The position numbers and the translations under genes are program-made. From the NCBI RefSeq assembly GCF_002105155.1, contig NW_019029001.1, forward strand, positions 372,001 through 436,000: a DNA stretch of 64,000 bases, written 5' to 3'. The stretch is from Lobosporangium transversale (lineage: Eukaryota). A model generated the notes under the pieces. That model saw only the letters and a program-made list of their open reading frames with translations, was not told the origin of the DNA and searched no databases. Each line of letters begins with the position of its first letter. Position 1 is the stretch's first letter. Shown here in pieces: positions 57,878 through 64,000 of the stretch.

Positions 57878-58895
57878 TCAAGCACGACGTCCCTTGACGA
57901 CCATAAAGTCAACCCAGACTGACTTGTTATGCATAGTCAAGTGGGTGCCAAAACAATGCTTGGCCGAAACATCAACCAGGCCTGCCTTCCTGTACATCTC
58001 CTCAAACTCCTCAGGCTTGAATCCGTCCTTGTGAGCAACATAGTCTACCGCCTTTCCACCCTCACCCTTGAAGAATTCGTGTGCGGTCTGATGGGTTTTA
58101 TCACTCTCCTCGTTGTTACCATCACGACGCTTACAACCCTCACCGTGTGTCTGAGTTTGAGCATGAGCATGTCCATGTCCATGTCCATGTCCGTGTCCGT
58201 GTCCGTGTCCATGGCCCTTTCCAGTGTTTTCAAAGTCGACAATGATCAGCCAGCCATCCTTCTTGAGTGTCTTACTCAATACATCAATGACCCCCTGAAC
58301 ATCCTCAATGTGATGGAGAACATAAGTCGAGTAGACTAGATCGAATCCAGCATCCTCGCCTTTCAAGTATTGAGAGTACTCGGGCTCTGGCAGCGGTTGC
58401 TCCATCGAGATGAGATGGTTGACGGTTTTGATCTTGTCACGAATGCCCGTGTTCTCTTCCTGGGTATGAAGCTTGTGGTTCATATGCTCGAGCATCCCAA
58501 TGGAGGCATCGATGCCGACTAGGTGCTTAACATCCGCAGCGACTTTGAATGCGCAGAGACCTATTTCAAAAGAAAGAAAGAAAACGAGAGAGTGAGGTAG
58601 GGGGAATATATCCGAAGGGAATGAATAAAAGCTTAATTAGTTCAGCGGACGAAAAATTAAAATTAAAAATAAAAATAAAAATAATAAAAGAAGAGAGTAA
58701 AATAGCCTTACCGCTGCCACATCCGAAATCAAGAACAGTGGCATTCTTGACGTGCTCCTCACTGGTTGCGGCCTTGAACTCCTCCAGGATGGCGGCATAA
58801 CCATGCTTGGTCATCTCGAGGGCCTGAGGGAATGCGTCATAGTCTCTGGCAGTCTTGTTAAAGTGATCGTTGTTGATGGCTTGGATATTCGACAT
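57878..58895 (-). CDS. Tandem paralogous SAM-dependent methyltransferase with (GH)n insert (exons 58895-58712, 58560-57878)
   Basis: LDFGCGSG, VGIDASIGM, FDLVYSTYVLHHIED. Same intron position as the neighbouring paralog. Confidence 0.9.
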
Positions 58896-60676
58896 GGCTT
58901 GAACTTGTGCTTGGTTTGGGTTTTAGTGCTGATTTGTAGTTTTTGAGTTGGATATGGAAAATTGTTTGTTGGGTTGAGTTGATAAAGAAAAAAAAAAAAA
59001 AATCGAGGCAGGAAACGGTTGCCTTTTTATTCTTTTTGGGAAGTCTAGGAGAATGGAGGAGAAGGAGTATGACAGTAGGTTTGTATTGCAAAAGAAATGA
59101 TCTTGCATGAATGGAGTCTATTCTTCCCTGTGGAGAACATCGGAAAATGAATAGATGACACCTGTCAAAAAATTACAAACTGACAGCTGTTTGACAGACC
59201 TATTGCGCAGCCGTGGAAGTCGAGCAGGGGTAAACAAAATGAGCGGCTCTGTTGAGGGCAATTCAAAAAAAAAAAATGAGTCCAGTAATGGTCATGCTTT
59301 TGCATTTGATTGGACAACCAATCTGAGACAAGCATGTCAATCCCATAATAAAACCATTAAGGTACACAAATCCTCATGAATTATGACAAACATGCCGAGA
59401 TTTTCATTCTGTTTTAAGATGATTGGATTGTTTACCAAATATATTCGACAATTTCTCCACGAACCAGCGTGTCCGCCCCCTTTTTCTAGTCATTCTTACA
59501 TTGATGCATCAGAAAAACGGATGGGGACTGGGCGTAACGGGTAAATAATATAGCAGAACATCTGATCTTCAGATGACAATCTTGATTTTTAATATATACT
59601 ATGTAGGAAAAAAAAAAACTATTATAAATATATGTATATATATCCCTATTGTTGTTACTATTTAATGGAAAGAGCCAGAAGGGAGGGAAGGATCTAGACC
59701 ATTACATGCCTTCCTCAACACTCTTCTATTTACTCGGACTACTAGAATTTTCTATTTATTCCTTCTTTTTTATTTGTCAGCGCCTTTTCCTTTTTTTCTT
59801 CATCATTTTCTAACTACTCTTTTGAATATAAGAAGAGAAACAATAGCAAGAACCTATCCTTACAATAGCAGTCTTAACTCTCTGACAATTAGGCGCTGCG
59901 CATCTTTTTTTGTTACCAACTCCTTCGGTTACTTGGTGACTGGCTCTTTAGGATTCAAGAACATCAACAATTAAGTTTTTATTAAAGTAGAAACATCACA
60001 TACAATATAAAAAGCATAAAGTACCAAGTCTGCGGAATTTTTTAATTTATGATATAGGAAGTAAACTAAGGAAAAGCTATAGACGGGGAGTCATATATAT
60101 TATATACATATATACCTATATATATAAAGGAAAAAGGAAAAAGTTCTATTATCACTCGAAGAAGATAAAAAAAAAAATTAAAAAAAAAAAAAAAAAAAAA
60201 AAAACACCTTTCTTTCCTCCTTGCATCGGATGATTCAACCCTTTTTCTCGATAGAAAAAGGTTTCCAGGAGAGGAGAAGAAGGAGAAGGGAGAAGTCCTC
60301 TCACCACTCGATCCTTCGTTTTCTTTTCAGAGCACAAATTCGCGGATGCAGTCTTGTTTTTTCTTTTTTGCATGATTATATTACCCTGGACTTATTTGGC
60401 AATCCTCCATTTTTTTTTTTCAGACAATTAGAAGAAAGAAGAGTAAAAGCTGGGCCAGGTTTTTTGTTTGCTTAGATGCGCCGCGGGCATGTGCGAGAGA
60501 GATGAATCTAAAGAGAAAGGAAAAAAAAGACAAATGTATAAAATAAAAAGAACAATAGATAGAAAGAAAAAAAAAAAAAAAAAAAAAGAGAAAATGTTTT
60601 TTAGCATAAGTCGTTTGATGGCTACGATACCTCCAATATTGGTTACGGCCATCATCTCCATGCGCAAAAATAATAC

Positions 60677-60719
<43 letters not shown>

Positions 60720-60853
60720 GAGAGAGAGAAAGGGTTGCGGATGATCGTTGGTGGCTGGGTGTCTTCGATACTCTTTCTTTAGGAACGAGCCTTTCACGGT
60801 TGAGCCATTGTCAAGGATGATGACGAAGGTGGAGTAGGGATAGTGGGGGACTT

Positions 60854-61162
60854 CTAGGGCTTCTCGTATGGACCATCATCTATGATAGTTGGCACATTGG
60901 ACCATGGGTTCTTGGAGAGTGGCATAAGCCTGTCGAGGACTTGAGCACGTGTGGTCGGTGTTGGTGTGCCAGCCAGTGGACGCGAATAGGCGACATTGCG
61001 AAGATGAATGGCTCCTTTAGAAGAGTTGGAAGGGGATGAAGTTACAGGTAGCGTAATAGAGCTAGAGCTAGAGCCATTGATGAGGCTAGAGTTGGAGGTA
61101 GAGGAGATGGTAGACTTGGCGTCGTCCTCAACACGGGTGTAACCTTGCTTTTGTTTGAACAT
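60854..61162 (-). CDS. Hypothetical 102-aa Ser-rich protein
   Basis: ATG-started, GC-rich ORF in an AT-rich context, with an upstream TATATA. No recognisable domain. Confidence 0.4.
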   Translation of the reverse strand: MFKQKQGYTRVEDDAKSTISSTSNSSLINGSSSSSITLPVTSSPSNSSKGAIHLRNVAYSRPLAGTPTPTTRAQVLDRLMPLSKNPWSNVPTIIDDGPYEKP

Positions 61163-62821
61163 GATGAGATGAGCTTGTGAAGTAGGAAAAAATACTTTGA
61201 GTAATTTAGTGTTGATCGACGGAAGGGGAGGGGGGGAGTAGTACTTTGAGACGCTAAAAAATTGAGGAAGTTATAAAGCTTTTTTTTTTTTCTTTCAGGA
61301 CTGTAAACAAAGGTCACAAATATTAAACGCGAAGAGGAAGAGGAAAGGTCCTTAGAGATATATAACTCATAATGACTCAATAACGGGTCCCCGAGCGCAA
61401 GAGCTACATCCACGAGATTTGATTGGAATGGATGGAATGGAGCAACGTCTTGCAACTTTTTTTGCAGCGGCGGAATGAAAGAAATTTTACAAATCTTTAA
61501 ATCTCGAATGCGGCGTTCCTCGGCGCTTTTTTTTTAAGTCAGCCTATAGGCAGATTGAACAAACTAAAGTGCTGTGCAATATCATACATAATATGAGACT
61601 ACAATGCATATATTTATATTACTATATGTGTTACGTTACCATAGTAGACATACCTGAGTACACTATTTTCTTTCTTGCATTATCAACCAAGGTGAGAAAT
61701 GAGTAATCTATTCTATAGATTTCAAAATAAAATAAAACGTTCTCGCAGGGTGGATCTTCACGCACAAACGTGGAGGAGATTTGTTCATTCATCTTAACTG
61801 TTATGTAGTGAAATTCCTCTCATTTACAAACCTTTCATATGCTATGAAGACAAAATAAAGAAACAAAGAGCATCAGATAATATCTGATATAACCAAACGG
61901 CTGCTCTAACAACTCCACTAGAGCCAACTGGATCTTGATCAACATACAGCTTCTCTTAAGTATTGATGTGCATTATCATTCTATCTATCACTCACTTCAT
62001 CATTCTGGCTTAGACATCCGCGCCTTTTTTTTTTAGATAATAAAGACCTTCAGGACTATAGAAAGTACTCTCTATATTCTATGGACAGACATTATAGACA
62101 ATAAATAGCTATTGCTGCGCAAACAGCTCCGCCGCTGTAGCTATGATTTCACAAACTCTGATCGTCATGGTTGGTGCTCAAATTTCGTCTTTCCGACATG
62201 ACCTGTAGCGCAACGCGACAGATAATCCACTGTTCATAGTCATCAAAAGGCTCATTTCACCTAACCGCCCCATCACATCTAGCTGGGTCTTCCCGAGTTG
62301 CTATCCCGGACTTTACCGCCCGCAATCTTATAGATCTCTTTCACATCCAGTATCTGTCGTTGCCCAGGGGAAGGAACAAAGGGCCATTATTACTGCATCT
62401 ATGCTCCCCAACGGTCTATTCAGGATCCATGGAGTAATACCTGTATACATTATTATAACCATAGAAAAAGCAAAGCCTGTCATTTGATGATTATATGGAC
62501 TATTGCGTCAGAACCTTGAGAAGCAGAGCTTAACTGAAGCAGGATTCACTTGCCTAGGCTATTTCCACGATATGAGCCCCATTTTTCAATACTTTATGCA
62601 ATGCCTCTTGAAGAAATGAATTTGGAATATCCGATAATTGCTATTTTTCACGACTTAGCCGACTTTCCCTAAGGGAAATCTTTTTTTCTTGCAATGTCAC
62701 TGGCACATAATTACCACGACTGGTTTAAAAATTTTCTGAAGGCTCCAATGGGCTTTGACTATGTCTTTATTGTGTTCGTTCCACTGTTTTTATCAAGTTT
62801 TGCAAAACTAATTTTGGAATA

Positions 62822-63072
62822 GAAAAAGATATTTGCACGGCTCCGTACACACCCTATTTACACTGCTCCCTCATACGAATTTATTTGTACGGGGTCTTTA
62901 TTTCAGTCTTAAATACCACTACCAGGCCTTCCACGACACAAGCTCGATACCCAATCATTAAATATTGACCAGAATATTTATCTTATCGAGGTCGTACGTA
63001 GCCCAGAATAGATGTTGATATTCTTTATGCGATTCTGGGACTAAATAAAGAATTACAAACGATTTATCTATA
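62822..63072 (+). repeat. Second, internally deleted copy of the 3216-3604 dispersed repeat
   Basis: Collinear shared sequence blocks with 3216-3604. Confidence 0.75.
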
Positions 63073-64000
63073 TGCCGCTTTACCTTGCACCTTTGTTGGC
63101 CGTATTCTTATAGGTTGTGGATGGTTCCCTGATGCTTTCTTTCATTTAGCGCGTGCATACATCTCTAGTGTTTCCGTATGCTATTAAGCACATAGCGATG
63201 ATTTTAGTAATTAGGGACCTCTAATATGTAGTTTGTTTCGATAGATATACAAACATATTCTTTGCTACGATGCATAGCGTGCCGTGTTGCTACTCTCTTT
63301 CTTTTCTCTTTCTTCTATATCTTTATCTCTGTCCTTCTTTATTAAGAGCTCAAGCGCCCTCGGTACTAAATTTTATTTATCAAATTCACCAAAATACAAT
63401 GGGTAGACTTCAGTTTATTTTGTGGAATGTCTATCCTCTCACCCGCTTGTAACCCGAGAGATTACTTATCTTTTGATAGTTGGTGACAGTTCGCACTCAA
63501 AGCCAATCTTGCCACAATTACCTATATCCCTATATCTAAATAGCTAAAATACTTTAATAGCATAACCGTGACTAATAGTGATAGAAAAGAGACATAAATA
63601 CTCTTTTCTGTTACGTTGATAAAGATCCTTAGTTTTGTCTCATTACATTCCAAGTTTGTTATCATGTTCAATCAGGGCTGATTTTTCATCAATAATAGGC
63701 AAAACTTGCCTTGGGTCGTCTTTAGCACGCAGTGTCGCATACTCAGCAGCACATGTAGATGCTTCATATTGTACAATCACCTGATAGAAAGTTTGGTCAA
63801 AAAAATAAAATTTTGAAATGGTTATGAAGAGAAGCACTGTCTTCAATCCTATTTCTTGCCATTTTCCCTCAGCATGTACTGCCCACAAACTTCAGTAATT
63901 ATCCACATTGGCCTCATTAATAAAAGCGCAAATTTCCATCTTGGTTGGTGAAGTATTTTTGTATGTCACAAAGGAGATGTTTGTTAGAGACTCAAAATAA

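Noticed and set aside
61700..62750. Possible transposon or gene relic
   Set aside because: No sustained ORF and no motif I can name.
63643..64000. 3' end of a minus-strand gene at the window edge
   Set aside because: There is a plausible last exon after a CAG acceptor, but upstream frames are interrupted and no domain is recognisable.

Overview
Intron-rich fungal genomic DNA with very long poly(A/T) runs in introns. The gene content and style suggest an early-diverging fungus (Mortierellaceae-like); this is an inference. The window has three parts. (1) 1-2.8 kb: the 3' end of a Rad21 cohesin kleisin gene and a small ankyrin-repeat gene. (2) 3.2-34.8 kb: a ~31-kb nest of transposable elements, anchored 15 bp upstream of an intron-containing tRNA-Tyr(GTA) gene. 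It holds a single-ORF, chromodomain-less Ty3/gypsy element (A); an RRM/CCHC + APE + RNase H LINE inserted into A's 3' LTR; an intact chromovirus (B) with Tf1-type self-priming signals, plus two solo B LTRs that bracket a 7.1-kb inversion; a tRNA-headed SINE sharing the LINE's 3' tail; a second chromovirus (C) with open gag/pol ORFs; Tc1, hAT-like and gypsy relics; and a frameshifted Mutator/SWIM element. (3) 34.8-64 kb: housekeeping genes, namely HAUS1 (with an intronic MITE), a candidate 63-aa microprotein, a GPI-type secreted protein, eIF3c, SEC17, GABA transaminase, a Rab22/31-like GTPase, HMG-CoA lyase and two tandem His-rich methyltransferases. All calls come from reading the sequence and from motif recall; no database search was run.
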